Part shown: positions 1 to 10,782 of the stretch, in pieces
Layout: each line of letters opens with the position of its first letter
Numbering within the stretch: position 1 is the first letter of the stretch
Source of the DNA: Vicinamibacterales bacterium
GTDB lineage: Bacteria > Acidobacteriota > Vicinamibacteria > Vicinamibacterales > UBA2999
Assembly: GCA_038213735.1 (NCBI GenBank)
Contig: JBBQSP010000021.1
Location: 229 to 64,228 of the forward strand
Direction: 5' to 3'
DNA length: 64,000 nt
The notes under the pieces: generated by a model
What the model saw: the letters and a program-made list of their open reading frames with translations, nothing else
Database searches by the model: none
Told to the model about the DNA's origin: nothing
Translations under genes and position numbers: made by a program

Positions 1-1
1 G

Positions 2-2602
2 ATGGGCTTCGATGTGGTCTACCTGCCACCGATTCATCCGATCGGCACGACCGCGCGCAAGGGCCGCGGCAACGCGCTGGTCGCCGCGCCTGGCGACCCG
101 GGCAGCCCCTGGGCGATCGGCTCGCCGGCGGGCGGCCACAAGGCGGTTGACCCGGGCCTTGGCACGCTCGACGACTTCGCGCACTTCGTCACCGCGGCCC
201 GTGGCCATGGCCTCGAAGTCGCGCTCGATCTCGCCTACCAGTGTTCGCCTGATCATCCCTACGTCCGCGAGCACCCCGAGTGGTTCCGGCATCGTCCCGA
301 CGGCACCATCAAGTACGCCGAGAACCCGCCGAAGAAGTACCAGGACATCTATCCCTTCGACTTCGAGTGCGAGGCGTGGCCGGCGCTCTGGGAAGAGTTG
401 AAGTCCGTGGTCGAGTTCTGGGTGGCGCGCGGCGTCAAGATTTTCCGCGTCGACAACCCGCACACCAAGCCGTACCCGTTCTGGGAGTGGCTGATCCACG
501 AGATCAGGTCCCAGCACCCGGACGTGATCTTCCTGGCGGAAGCCTTCACGCGCCCCAAGGTGATGCTGTACCTGGCCAAGCTCGGGTTCACACAGTCGTA
601 CACCTACTTCACGTGGCGGAACGACAAGGAAGAGATCACGGAGTACCTGACCGAGCTGGCCAGCCCCGAGGTCGCCGATGTCTTTCGGCCGAACTTCTTC
701 GCCAACACGCCCGACATTCTCCATGCCTACCTGCAAGAGGGCGGACCGCCGGCGTTTCGGATTCGGCTGATCCTTGCCGCCACGCTCGGCCCGACCTACG
801 GCATCTACAGCGGCTTCGAGTTATGTGAGGGCGCCGCCGTGCCCGGCAGCGAAGAGTATCTGGCATCGGAAAAGTACCAGTTTCGCCACTGGGACGTGAA
901 CCGTCCGGGGCACATCACGGCCCTGGTGACCGCCGTCAATCGGATCCGGCGGCAGCAGCCTGCGCTGTGGTCCCACGGTGGCTTGTGTTTCTGCGAAACC
1001 GACAACCCGTCGTTGCTGGCCTACTTCAAGATGGCCCCCGACCGGTCGAGCGCCGTCCTGGTGGTAGTGAACCTCGACTACGAGCGCATGCAGCACGGCT
1101 TCGTCACGGTGCCGGCCGCGGACCTCGGACTGCCAGAAGACGAGGCGTACGAAGTCACCGACCTGCTGGACGACGCCCGTTACGTGTGGCGTGGCGAGGC
1201 GAACTACGTCAGGCTCGATCCGGCGGTGCGCGCGGCGCATGTGCTCAGCCTGCCGGTCGCGCCACCGGACCCGTCCACCACCATCAACACCCGCTTGCAG
1301 CCACACCTGGAAAGTCAGCGATGGTTCGCCGGCAAGGCGCGAACCGTGGCCCAGGCGCAGCTTCACGACTGGACTCAGGCCGGGCCGCCGGCAGCCGGAC
1401 TGTTGGCAGCCATTGCCGCGGTGAGCTACGCCGACGGTTCCGATGACCGCTACTTCACGCCGATGGCCATCGAGCCATCCGCGGCGTTGGCTGAAGCGGG
1501 CGCAGCCCCGGCTTCCACGGCCGACGCCGTCCTGGTTGACGCGGTGGAGGACGATGCGGCCTGCCGCGCTTTGGTGACCGTGATGATCGAGGGACGGTCG
1601 ATCGCCATGCGGCAGGGCCACGTGCAAGCCACGGCCTACCGCGAGGAGCCGGCCGTGGCCGACGTTGAGGTCATTCGCAGCGCCGGCGAGCAGAGCAACA
1701 GCTCGGTGCGGCTGGGTGATCGCCTGGTGCTGAAGGTGTTCCGGCGCCTCGAGCCGGGACGCCATCCGGAACTCGAGATGTCGCGCTTCTTGAGCCAGCG
1801 CGGTTTCACGGGCATCCCGCCCCTGGTCGCCAGCCTCGAGTACACCGGTGGTGGTGAGACGCCGACCTCGCTGGCAGTGCTGCAGGGCTTTGTGCCGAAT
1901 TCGGGCACCGGCTGGGATCCGGCGGTCCGTGATGCGACGCGAGTGTTGACAGCCGCGAAGGCGAGCGGGCGTGGCGCCAAGGCGACCGCCTTCCTGAAGG
2001 CCGCTGAGCGGCTCGGCCAGCGCACGGCGCAACTGCATCTCGCCCTGGCGGGCGACCGCGAAGACGCCGCTTTCGCTCCGGAGCCGGTGACCGCCGACTA
2101 CGCGGCGGCGACCGCGGCGCGGATGCGGAAAGCCGCGCAGCGCGCCTTGTCGGTCCTGGCCGAGCGCCTGGGCACGCTGCCGCAGGGCGCGGCGGTCTCC
2201 GCCCGCGCCGTGCTCGACGCCGAGCCGGCCCTGTTCGCCCGCATCGACGCGATTGCCTCCGCCTCGACCACCGGGATGCGGACACGCGTGCATGGCGACT
2301 ATCACCTGGGGCAGGTGTTGGCGACCGGCGGCGACTTCGTGATTATCGATTTCGAGGGCGAGCCGAGCCGGCCGCTCGCCGAGCGGCGCGCCAAGCAGTC
2401 GCCGTTGAAAGACGTCGCCGGCATGCTCCGCTCCTTCAGCTACGCCGCGCACACCGCGGCCCGCGACCTGGAGAGCGAGCCGGGCGACGGCCGCGGCGAG
2501 CAGTGGGAGGCCGCGGTGGCCGCCGCGTTCGTGACCCGGTATCGCCGGACCATCGAGGGGAGCGGGCTGCTGCCCGACACCGACGAGGCCTGGCGCCAAT
2601 GA
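2..2602 (+). CDS. glgE: GlgE-type alpha-1,4-glucan:maltose-1-phosphate maltosyltransferase (C-terminal part, 5' end outside window) fused to a maltokinase (Mak/Pep2) domain; the frame is cut by an in-frame TGA at 2600-2602
   Basis: The GlgE/GH13 core motifs (VYLPPIHPIG, FRVDNPHTKP, FLAEAFTRP, FFANTPD) run to about nt 1265. A Pro-rich linker follows, then a Mak-type kinase (QRWFAGKAR near its N-terminus; HGDYHLGQVL and IIDFEGEP catalytic motifs). The ORF starts at the window edge. Confidence 0.85.
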   Translation: MGFDVVYLPPIHPIGTTARKGRGNALVAAPGDPGSPWAIGSPAGGHKAVDPGLGTLDDFAHFVTAARGHGLEVALDLAYQCSPDHPYVREHPEWFRHRPDGTIKYAENPPKKYQDIYPFDFECEAWPALWEELKSVVEFWVARGVKIFRVDNPHTKPYPFWEWLIHEIRSQHPDVIFLAEAFTRPKVMLYLAKLGFTQSYTYFTWRNDKEEITEYLTELASPEVADVFRPNFFANTPDILHAYLQEGGPPAFRIRLILAATLGPTYGIYSGFELCEGAAVPGSEEYLASEKYQFRHWDVNRPGHITALVTAVNRIRRQQPALWSHGGLCFCETDNPSLLAYFKMAPDRSSAVLVVVNLDYERMQHGFVTVPAADLGLPEDEAYEVTDLLDDARYVWRGEANYVRLDPAVRAAHVLSLPVAPPDPSTTINTRLQPHLESQRWFAGKARTVAQAQLHDWTQAGPPAAGLLAAIAAVSYADGSDDRYFTPMAIEPSAALAEAGAAPASTADAVLVDAVEDDAACRALVTVMIEGRSIAMRQGHVQATAYREEPAVADVEVIRSAGEQSNSSVRLGDRLVLKVFRRLEPGRHPELEMSRFLSQRGFTGIPPLVASLEYTGGGETPTSLAVLQGFVPNSGTGWDPAVRDATRVLTAAKASGRGAKATAFLKAAERLGQRTAQLHLALAGDREDAAFAPEPVTADYAAATAARMRKAAQRALSVLAERLGTLPQGAAVSARAVLDAEPALFARIDAIASASTTGMRTRVHGDYHLGQVLATGGDFVIIDFEGEPSRPLAERRAKQSPLKDVAGMLRSFSYAAHTAARDLESEPGDGRGEQWEAAVAAAFVTRYRRTIEGSGLLPDTDEAWRQ

Positions 2603-2737
2603 CTCGACGCATTCGTGCTCGACAAGGCCATCTACGAACTCGACTACGAGCTCGCGAGCCGGCCGGCGTGGGTGGCCATTCCGCTGTCGGGCATCCTCCG
2701 GTTCCTGGGCCGACCCGACCCGGCGCCGGGCGTGTAA
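2603..2737 (+). other. Same-frame continuation of the maltokinase C-terminus after the TGA (LDAFVLDKAIYELDYELASRPAWVAIPLSGILRFL...), ending at TAA 2735-2737
   Basis: There are 44 sense codons in the same frame as ORF 2..2602. I recognise the sequence as the conserved extreme C-terminus of Mak/Pep2 kinases. The terminal TAA overlaps the treZ ATG (TAATG). Confidence 0.7.
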
Positions 2738-4614
2738 TGAGCGGCCCGGATCAACGGGCGTGGACGGCGTCGCTCGGCGCCTGGCCCGAGGCCGAGGGCA
2801 TCGCGTTTCGGGTGTGGGCGCCCGGCGAATCCTCTGTTGAGGTGATGATCGAGCGACCGCACGGGCACGTCGCTCATGCCCTCACGCCGTTCCCGGACGG
2901 CACCTGGTCGACCGCGCTGCCTGGGGTCGCGACCGGCGATCGCTACTGGTATCGACTGGGGCACGATCGCCTCCTTCCCGATCCCGCATCGCGCTTTCAG
3001 CCCGCCGGCGTGCATGGCCCGTCCGAGGTGGTGGACCCGCGACGGTTTGCCTGGACCGACAGCCGCTGGACCGGGCTCGACCGCGAACATCTCGTGCTCT
3101 ACGAGCTGCATGTCGGGACGTTCAGCCCCGAGGGCACGTTTGCCGGCGCGGCCGCGCGGCTACCCGAACTGGCCGCACTTGGCGTCACCGCGATCGAGCT
3201 CATGCCGGTGGCCGACTTTCCGGGGTCCCGCAACTGGGGCTACGACGGCGTGGCGCTGTTTGCGCCGGCCCGCTGTTACGGCACACCCGATGACCTGCGC
3301 CGGCTGATTGACCGCGCCCATGGCCTTGGCCTCGGCGTGGTCCTCGATGTCGTCTACAACCACCTCGGTCCTGATGGCGCCTATCTCTCAGCGTTCAGCG
3401 CGGACTATTTCACCGAGCGCCATCACACCCCGTGGGGCGCGGGCCTCAACTTCGACGGCGCCGGCAGCGAGCGGGTCCGGGAGTTCTTCATCGAGAATGC
3501 GCACCACTGGGTGCACGAGTACCACATCGATGGCTTGCGCCTCGACGCGACCCATGCCATCGCCGATGCCGGCCCGCGTCACGTCCTCGCCGAGCTCGCG
3601 GCCCGGGTGCGCGAGTCGGCCCCGGGCCGGCACGTGCTGATGGTGGCGGAGGACCATCGCAATCTCCGGGCGATCGTGTCGGCCGAAGGCGAGGGCGGCT
3701 GGGGGCTGGACGCGGTGTGGGCCGACGATTTCCATCACCAGTGCCGGCGCCTGCTGGCTGGTGACAGCGACGGCTACTACGGCGATTTCACGGGCCGCGC
3801 CGGCGACCTCGCCACCACCATCCGGGCCGGCTGGTTTTACCAGGGCCAGTTCTCGGCGCACCTGCACGAAGCGCGCGGCACCGATCCTGCGGGCCTTGCG
3901 CCCGCCCGCTTCGTCATCTGCCTGCAGAACCATGACCAGGTCGGCAATCGCGCGCTCGGCGAGCGCCTGCACCATCAGGTCGACCTGGCGGCCTATCGCG
4001 CCGCCACGGCGTTGCTGTTGATGGCGCCGGAAACCCCACTCCTCTTCATGGGACAGGAATGGGCGGCCAGCACGCCCTTCCGGTACTTCACGGACCATCA
4101 CGACGAGCTGGGCCGGCTCGTGACCGAAGGCCGCCGCGGCGAGTTTCGCCACTTCGCGGCGTTTGCCGATCCGGCGGGGCGCGAGCGCATCCCCGATCCC
4201 CAGGCACGGGACACCTTCGAGTCGAGCCGGCTGCAGTGGGACGAGCGGCGCGTCGAGCCGCATGCCTCGATCCTCCGGCTCTACCAGGCGCTGCTCGGGC
4301 TGCGACGAAGCGAACCGGCGATGAGGGCTGGGTCCGCGTGGCAGGTGGCCGCCTTGGACGAGGGGACCATCGGGCTCGGTCGCGGCGGCGCCGCGGGCCT
4401 GCTGGTGGTGGTCCGCCTCGCCGGTGGCGGAGAGGTGGACTTCGCACCGATGGCCGCCGGTGTTCACGGGCAGCGGTGGCGGATCGTCCTGAGTACCGAG
4501 GATCCGGATTTCACGGGAGACCCGGCGCCGCCACAGATCGAGGCTGACCCGGCCACCGCCACGATCCGGTTCATGCGGCCCGGCGCCGTGATCCTGACGC
4601 CCGTACCGGCGTAG
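2737..4614 (+). CDS. treZ: Malto-oligosyltrehalose trehalohydrolase (GH13)
   Basis: ATG 2737 overlaps the upstream TAA. Motifs FRVWAP, YELHVGTF, WGYDGV, LDVVYNHLGP and DGLRLDA are present. Confidence 0.85.
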   Translation: MSGPDQRAWTASLGAWPEAEGIAFRVWAPGESSVEVMIERPHGHVAHALTPFPDGTWSTALPGVATGDRYWYRLGHDRLLPDPASRFQPAGVHGPSEVVDPRRFAWTDSRWTGLDREHLVLYELHVGTFSPEGTFAGAAARLPELAALGVTAIELMPVADFPGSRNWGYDGVALFAPARCYGTPDDLRRLIDRAHGLGLGVVLDVVYNHLGPDGAYLSAFSADYFTERHHTPWGAGLNFDGAGSERVREFFIENAHHWVHEYHIDGLRLDATHAIADAGPRHVLAELAARVRESAPGRHVLMVAEDHRNLRAIVSAEGEGGWGLDAVWADDFHHQCRRLLAGDSDGYYGDFTGRAGDLATTIRAGWFYQGQFSAHLHEARGTDPAGLAPARFVICLQNHDQVGNRALGERLHHQVDLAAYRAATALLLMAPETPLLFMGQEWAASTPFRYFTDHHDELGRLVTEGRRGEFRHFAAFADPAGRERIPDPQARDTFESSRLQWDERRVEPHASILRLYQALLGLRRSEPAMRAGSAWQVAALDEGTIGLGRGGAAGLLVVVRLAGGGEVDFAPMAAGVHGQRWRIVLSTEDPDFTGDPAPPQIEADPATATIRFMRPGAVILTPVPA

Positions 4615-4620
4615 CGCGCC

Positions 4621-5319
4621 TTAGACGTGGTTCACGGGGCCATCGCTGCGCGGCGCGTCCTTGAGCTGGCGCTCGATCGTCCGGCTCACGGCGTCCTTCG
4701 CGCCAAGTCCGACGGCGAGCGCGGCCGCAAACACCACGCCGCCGAAGAAGATGCCGAAGGCCAACAGCAGTACGTTCCGCCCGATGCCGAGGTGATCGAG
4801 GGCCATGGCCATGGTGATGATCAACACGAGCCACTTGGCCGCGAGGCTGAGCAGCCGCGCCGAGTGGATTTGCATGTTGACGGCGCCGATCAGGACCGAG
4901 CGCGCGAGTAGCCGCGCCGCCACCGCGCCGACGGCCAGGATCATCAGCGCGGCCAGCAGGTGCGGCACGTACTCGAACACCGAGATTGCCAGTCGCGACG
5001 GAATGGTGGCATTGAGCGCCGTCAGGCTGACCAGCAGTCCGAGCACCAGGATGGTCCAATAGAAGACGCGCGCCACGGTTTGTGACGGGCTGGCCGCCGC
5101 CGGCCATCCCACCAGTGACGCCACGCCCCAGTGTTCGACGCGGCGATCGAAGTCGAGGCCGCGCAGCGCGCGCACGATCAGCATGCGCGCGAGCACCGCC
5201 GTGATGATGGCGCCGACCATCAGCGTCAGCGATACCAGCAGGCCCGGCAGAAAATTCGCGATGTGGTCAGCGATCTGCGCTGCCGCCTGTCGCACGATTT
5301 GTTCCGCCTGTTCCCACAT
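4621..5319 (-). CDS. Multi-pass membrane protein, conserved TM-helix-repeat / mechanosensitive-channel-like
   Basis: 232 aa with several long hydrophobic segments and a clean ORF. The family assignment is from memory only. Confidence 0.6.
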   Translation of the reverse strand: MWEQAEQIVRQAAAQIADHIANFLPGLLVSLTLMVGAIITAVLARMLIVRALRGLDFDRRVEHWGVASLVGWPAAASPSQTVARVFYWTILVLGLLVSLTALNATIPSRLAISVFEYVPHLLAALMILAVGAVAARLLARSVLIGAVNMQIHSARLLSLAAKWLVLIITMAMALDHLGIGRNVLLLAFGIFFGGVVFAAALAVGLGAKDAVSRTIERQLKDAPRSDGPVNHV

Positions 5320-6589
5320 GACTGCTCCTCCTGGTCCCCTCTGCCCCTGGCGCTCCGTTTACTTGCGGAGGCGCTCCGGCCATCGCCACCGTGCGATCAG
5401 GTGGCGCTTTTCCACCTCGAACGCCCGGCACAACTGCTCGACGCGGTCTTCGATCTGCGTCTGGTCCGCGCCGCCCAGCTGCAGGATAAAGGACGCCAGC
5501 CACCCGCTGTACAGCGGCGTCAGCGAGCGCAACAAGTGATCGCGTGGCATCGCCCGCGAGCTGTAGCCGATCGCGAAATCGTAGATGATGCCGGCCCACA
5601 GCCGATCGTCAATACGGAATCGTTCGACCGGCACTTCGGTGAGCTTGCGCAGCTCGACGATCGTGCGCGGCGGCAGCACCCAGGTCCAAATGTCGCGCAG
5701 TTCCCGGTAGCCCAGCCGGTATGAGTCGATCAGTGTATCCACCGGCGGCCCGCTGGTGTCGGATTCCGGGCTGCCTTCGCCGCCGATCACGGGAATGGCC
5801 ACCGAGCCCCTGATCCGTTGCCAGATGTCGACGCGATGGTCGAGGTCCACGAACAGGGCGCCCGCCACTTGCGCCAGCGTGGTGCTCAGGTCGGCGCCGC
5901 TGGCGCGCGCCGGTCCGCGGCGGCCGAGCGTCGCCTCGCAGCTGCGAAACTCGCCGCACACGGCGGCTACTGCCAGCCACAGGTCAATGGCCGCCGGCGC
6001 GTGCTCGGCGTCCCAGAAATCCTGCTCCAGCAAATGCGTGACCAGGCGCCCGGAACAGCCGAACTCGCCCGCAGCGGGCTGGCGCAGGCGCGCGCCGTAG
6101 AGAGCGCGGAACATCGGGTAGACGAGCGCCCGGGTCATGGCGCCGTCACCGAGCGGGCGCGCGTAGTACGGCGACACGTAGTCGAACCCCTCCACCAGCA
6201 CGGGGCCGATCAGCTGCTCAATCCACTCGGGCTGCACGGTCTCGAGGCTCGCGTCCACGACCGCGCAGGCACCGGCGCCCATTCGCTCCGAGGCCTGCAG
6301 GATCGCCCGCACCGCCGCGGGGCGCGCTGGGTGGCCATGGTACGGAAGTTCGGCCAACGGCGAGCCACGTTCCACCACCACGTCGACCAGGGCCGCGGCG
6401 CCGATCACCTCCAGCGCCGCCTCGCGGGTGCCGTCGGTGGAGCCGGCATCGGCCAGGACGAAACGCACCGCGCGGCCGGGAAAGGCGCGCGAGACGCCGT
6501 CGCGTACAGCCCGCGCCACCGCGCCGACGGTGCGGGCGTCGTTGTCGCTCGTGAGCCCGATCACGAGGTCGGCGTGGGCCGGGACGGCC

Positions 6590-8284
<1,695 letters not shown>

Positions 8285-8316
8285 GAAGCCTCGCGCCCAG
8301 CAGTTGAGCTAAGAGT

Positions 8317-8901
8317 ATGATCTTCGGCATGACGCTTTCTCGTGACGCCGCCTGGCTGTTGTTGACGGAGTGGACCCAGGGCGAAAGCCTGCGCAAGCAC
8401 GCGCTGGCCGTCGAGGCCGCCGTGCGCGGTTACGCCCGCCAACAAGGCGCCAACGAAGAGGAATGGGGCGTCGTCGCGCTGCTCCACGACTTCGACTACG
8501 AGAAGTACCCGACGCTCGGGGACCATCCCAACAAGGGCTGCGAACACCTGCGGTCGCTCGGCTACCCGGAGTGGGTGATGCGGGCCATTCTGTCGCACGC
8601 CTCGGAGATCACCGGCGTGCAGCCGGAGTCGCCGGTCGAGAAGACCCTGGTCGCCTGCGACGAACTGGCCGGCTTTGTCACAGCCGCCTCGCTGGTGCGC
8701 CCGTCGAAGAGCGTGCTCGACCTTGAGGCCGCATCGGTGATCAAGCGGATGAAGGACAAGGCGTTTGCCCGGCAGGTGCCGCGCGACCACCTGGTTCGCG
8801 GGGCCGAACTCATGGGGTTGCCCCTCGACCAGCACGTCACCAACGTGATCGGATTCCTGAGGCTCGAGGCTGACGCCTTGGGACTTCGGGGAACGCTGTA
8901 A
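8317..8901 (+). CDS. HD/HDIG-domain metal-dependent phosphohydrolase
   Basis: Contains HALAVE...LLHDFDYEK...SHAS histidine/aspartate motifs. ATG 8329 is an alternative start. Confidence 0.75.
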   Translation: MIFGMTLSRDAAWLLLTEWTQGESLRKHALAVEAAVRGYARQQGANEEEWGVVALLHDFDYEKYPTLGDHPNKGCEHLRSLGYPEWVMRAILSHASEITGVQPESPVEKTLVACDELAGFVTAASLVRPSKSVLDLEAASVIKRMKDKAFARQVPRDHLVRGAELMGLPLDQHVTNVIGFLRLEADALGLRGTL

Positions 8902-8958
8902 CGCCGATGACCGTATACATTGGCACACCGTGATGACGCCGAAGGTTCCGGGCCGCAG

Positions 8959-9939
8959 ATGACGCAGATGACGCAGACCGAAGGTCAAGCTCACCCGCTC
9001 GACGCGCCACGGTTTGCTGGACCGGTGGTCCAGTGCCAGAATCTCAGCGTCCGCTACGGCAAGCAATGGGCGCTTACCGACGTCACCGCCGTATTTCCCG
9101 CCGGGGCGGTAGGCCTGCTCGGCCCGAACGGCGCCGGCAAGAGCACCCTCCTCAAGTCCCTGCTTGGTTTCCTGGTGCCCGACAAGGGCAGCATGAAAGT
9201 GATCGACATGGACGTGGCCACGCAGGCGCTCGAGATTCGCGAGCGGATTGGCTACATGCCCGAAAGTGATTCCCACATCCCCGGCATGAACGCGGTGTCG
9301 TTTGTCGCCTACTGCGGCCAGTTGTCGGGCCTGCCCGCGACCGACGCGATGCAGCGCGCGCACGAAGTGCTTTACTACGTCGGCCTCGGCGAGGCGCGCT
9401 ACCGCAACATCGAGACCTACTCGACCGGCATGAAGCAGCGCATCAAGCTGGCCCAGGCCATTGTCCACGACCCCGATCTGCTGTTCCTGGACGAGCCCAC
9501 CAACGGCATGGACCCGAAGGGCCGTGACGAGATGCTCGAGCTGATTCACGACCTGGCCCACAACAAGAACGTCAACCTGATCCTGTCCTCGCACCTGCTG
9601 CCCGACGTCGAGTTCACCTGCGACCACGTCGTTGTCATGGACAAGGGGACGGTCGCCACCTACGGACCGATCAATGCCCTCAAGGGCACCACCGGCCGGG
9701 TCTACGAACTGCGGATCAAGGGCGACGAGGCGCAGTTCATCAGCGTGTTGCGTAGCGAGGGCTTCGACGTCAAAGACTCGGATGAAGACGTCATGCGGGT
9801 GTTCGTGCCGGGCGTGGCGGGCGACAACCCCAAGGTTCTGTTCGATCTCGCGGCCCGCGAGCGGGTGCAGGTGCGCCACGTGCGTCCGAGCGTGCCGACC
9901 CTCGAAGACGTGTTCGCGCGCGCGGTGGGGGAGAAGTAG
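8959..9939 (+). CDS. ABC transporter ATP-binding protein
   Basis: Walker A GPNGAGKST, signature YSTGMKQR, Walker B LLFLDEP. The start is ATG 8959; the ORF is open from TTG 8920. Confidence 0.85.
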   Translation: MTQMTQTEGQAHPLDAPRFAGPVVQCQNLSVRYGKQWALTDVTAVFPAGAVGLLGPNGAGKSTLLKSLLGFLVPDKGSMKVIDMDVATQALEIRERIGYMPESDSHIPGMNAVSFVAYCGQLSGLPATDAMQRAHEVLYYVGLGEARYRNIETYSTGMKQRIKLAQAIVHDPDLLFLDEPTNGMDPKGRDEMLELIHDLAHNKNVNLILSSHLLPDVEFTCDHVVVMDKGTVATYGPINALKGTTGRVYELRIKGDEAQFISVLRSEGFDVKDSDEDVMRVFVPGVAGDNPKVLFDLAARERVQVRHVRPSVPTLEDVFARAVGEK

Positions 9940-9942
9940 CCC

Positions 9943-10782
9943 ATGCCAATACATGACCAGGGCTATCGGCGCTACGGCGGCACCCGCGCCAGCATCGGCC
10001 GCGCGTGGCAGGTGATGACCCGCGCCGGCATCATGAGCGTCATCTCCAAGCGCCAGTTCCTGGGCCTGATGCTGTTTGCCTGGGCGCCCTTCGTCGTTCG
10101 CGCGGTGCAGATCTATGTCTCCGCCACCTTCCAGCAGGCGTCGTTCCTCGCGCCCAAGGGCGAGACCTTCCGCGAGTTCCTCGACCAGCAGGGCGCGTTC
10201 GTGTTCTTCGTGACCATCTACGTCGGCGCCGGCTTGATCGCCAACGACCGCCGCGCCAATGCCTTGCAGCTGTACCTGTCGAAGCCGATGACAAGCGCGG
10301 AGTACATCGCCGGCAAGCTCGCCATCCTGTTCCTGTTCCTGGTGTCGGTGACGTTCCTGCCGGCCATGATGCTGCTGCTGACGCAGGCCATCTTTGCTGG
10401 CAGCCTGACCTTCATCAGCAACAACCTCTACCTGCTGCCGGCCATCACCTTGTTCTCGCTCGCGCAAGTGCTGCTGGCGTCGACCACCATGCTGGCGCTG
10501 TCCTCGCTGTCGAAGAGCAGCCGCTTCGTGGGGGTGATGTTTGCCGGGTTGTTCTTCTTCACCACCGCGCTCTTCAACGCCTTGCGCGGCATCACCGGCC
10601 GCACCAGCTTCGCGTGGCTGTCGCCGACCGCCTCACTCGAGCAGTTGGGCGACGTCATCTTCCGGTTGCCGCCGCGCTATCAGTTGTCGCCGGCCATTGC
10701 CGGGATCACCGTGCTGGTGTTGATCGGCGCGTCGTTCTTCATCCTGAGCCGGCGCGTGCGCGGTGTGGAGATCGTCACGTGA
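9943..10782 (+). CDS. ABC-2-type transporter permease
   Basis: 279 aa with about 6 hydrophobic helices. It begins 4 nt after the ATPase stop, and its own stop overlaps the next start. Confidence 0.75.
   Translation: MPIHDQGYRRYGGTRASIGRAWQVMTRAGIMSVISKRQFLGLMLFAWAPFVVRAVQIYVSATFQQASFLAPKGETFREFLDQQGAFVFFVTIYVGAGLIANDRRANALQLYLSKPMTSAEYIAGKLAILFLFLVSVTFLPAMMLLLTQAIFAGSLTFISNNLYLLPAITLFSLAQVLLASTTMLALSSLSKSSRFVGVMFAGLFFFTTALFNALRGITGRTSFAWLSPTASLEQLGDVIFRLPPRYQLSPAIAGITVLVLIGASFFILSRRVRGVEIVT

Noticed and set aside
2600-2602. The in-frame TGA in glgE-mak considered as a selenocysteine codon
   Set aside because: I see no obvious SECIS-like stem-loop directly downstream. No sel genes are in the window. 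The aligned position in the kinase tail is not a redox-active Cys site as far as I recall. A nonsense mutation, a sequencing error or read-through are more parsimonious.
10005-10781. Long 5' extensions of ORFs in the track (10005.., 11908.., 24431.., 34957.., 47356.., 52297.., 33434..)
   Set aside because: The extensions overlap the preceding gene in another frame and translate to Arg/Pro/Gly-rich sequence. Conserved N-termini, signal peptides or start/stop coupling identify downstream starts at 10782, 12772, 24779, 35260, 47890, 53470 and 33791.
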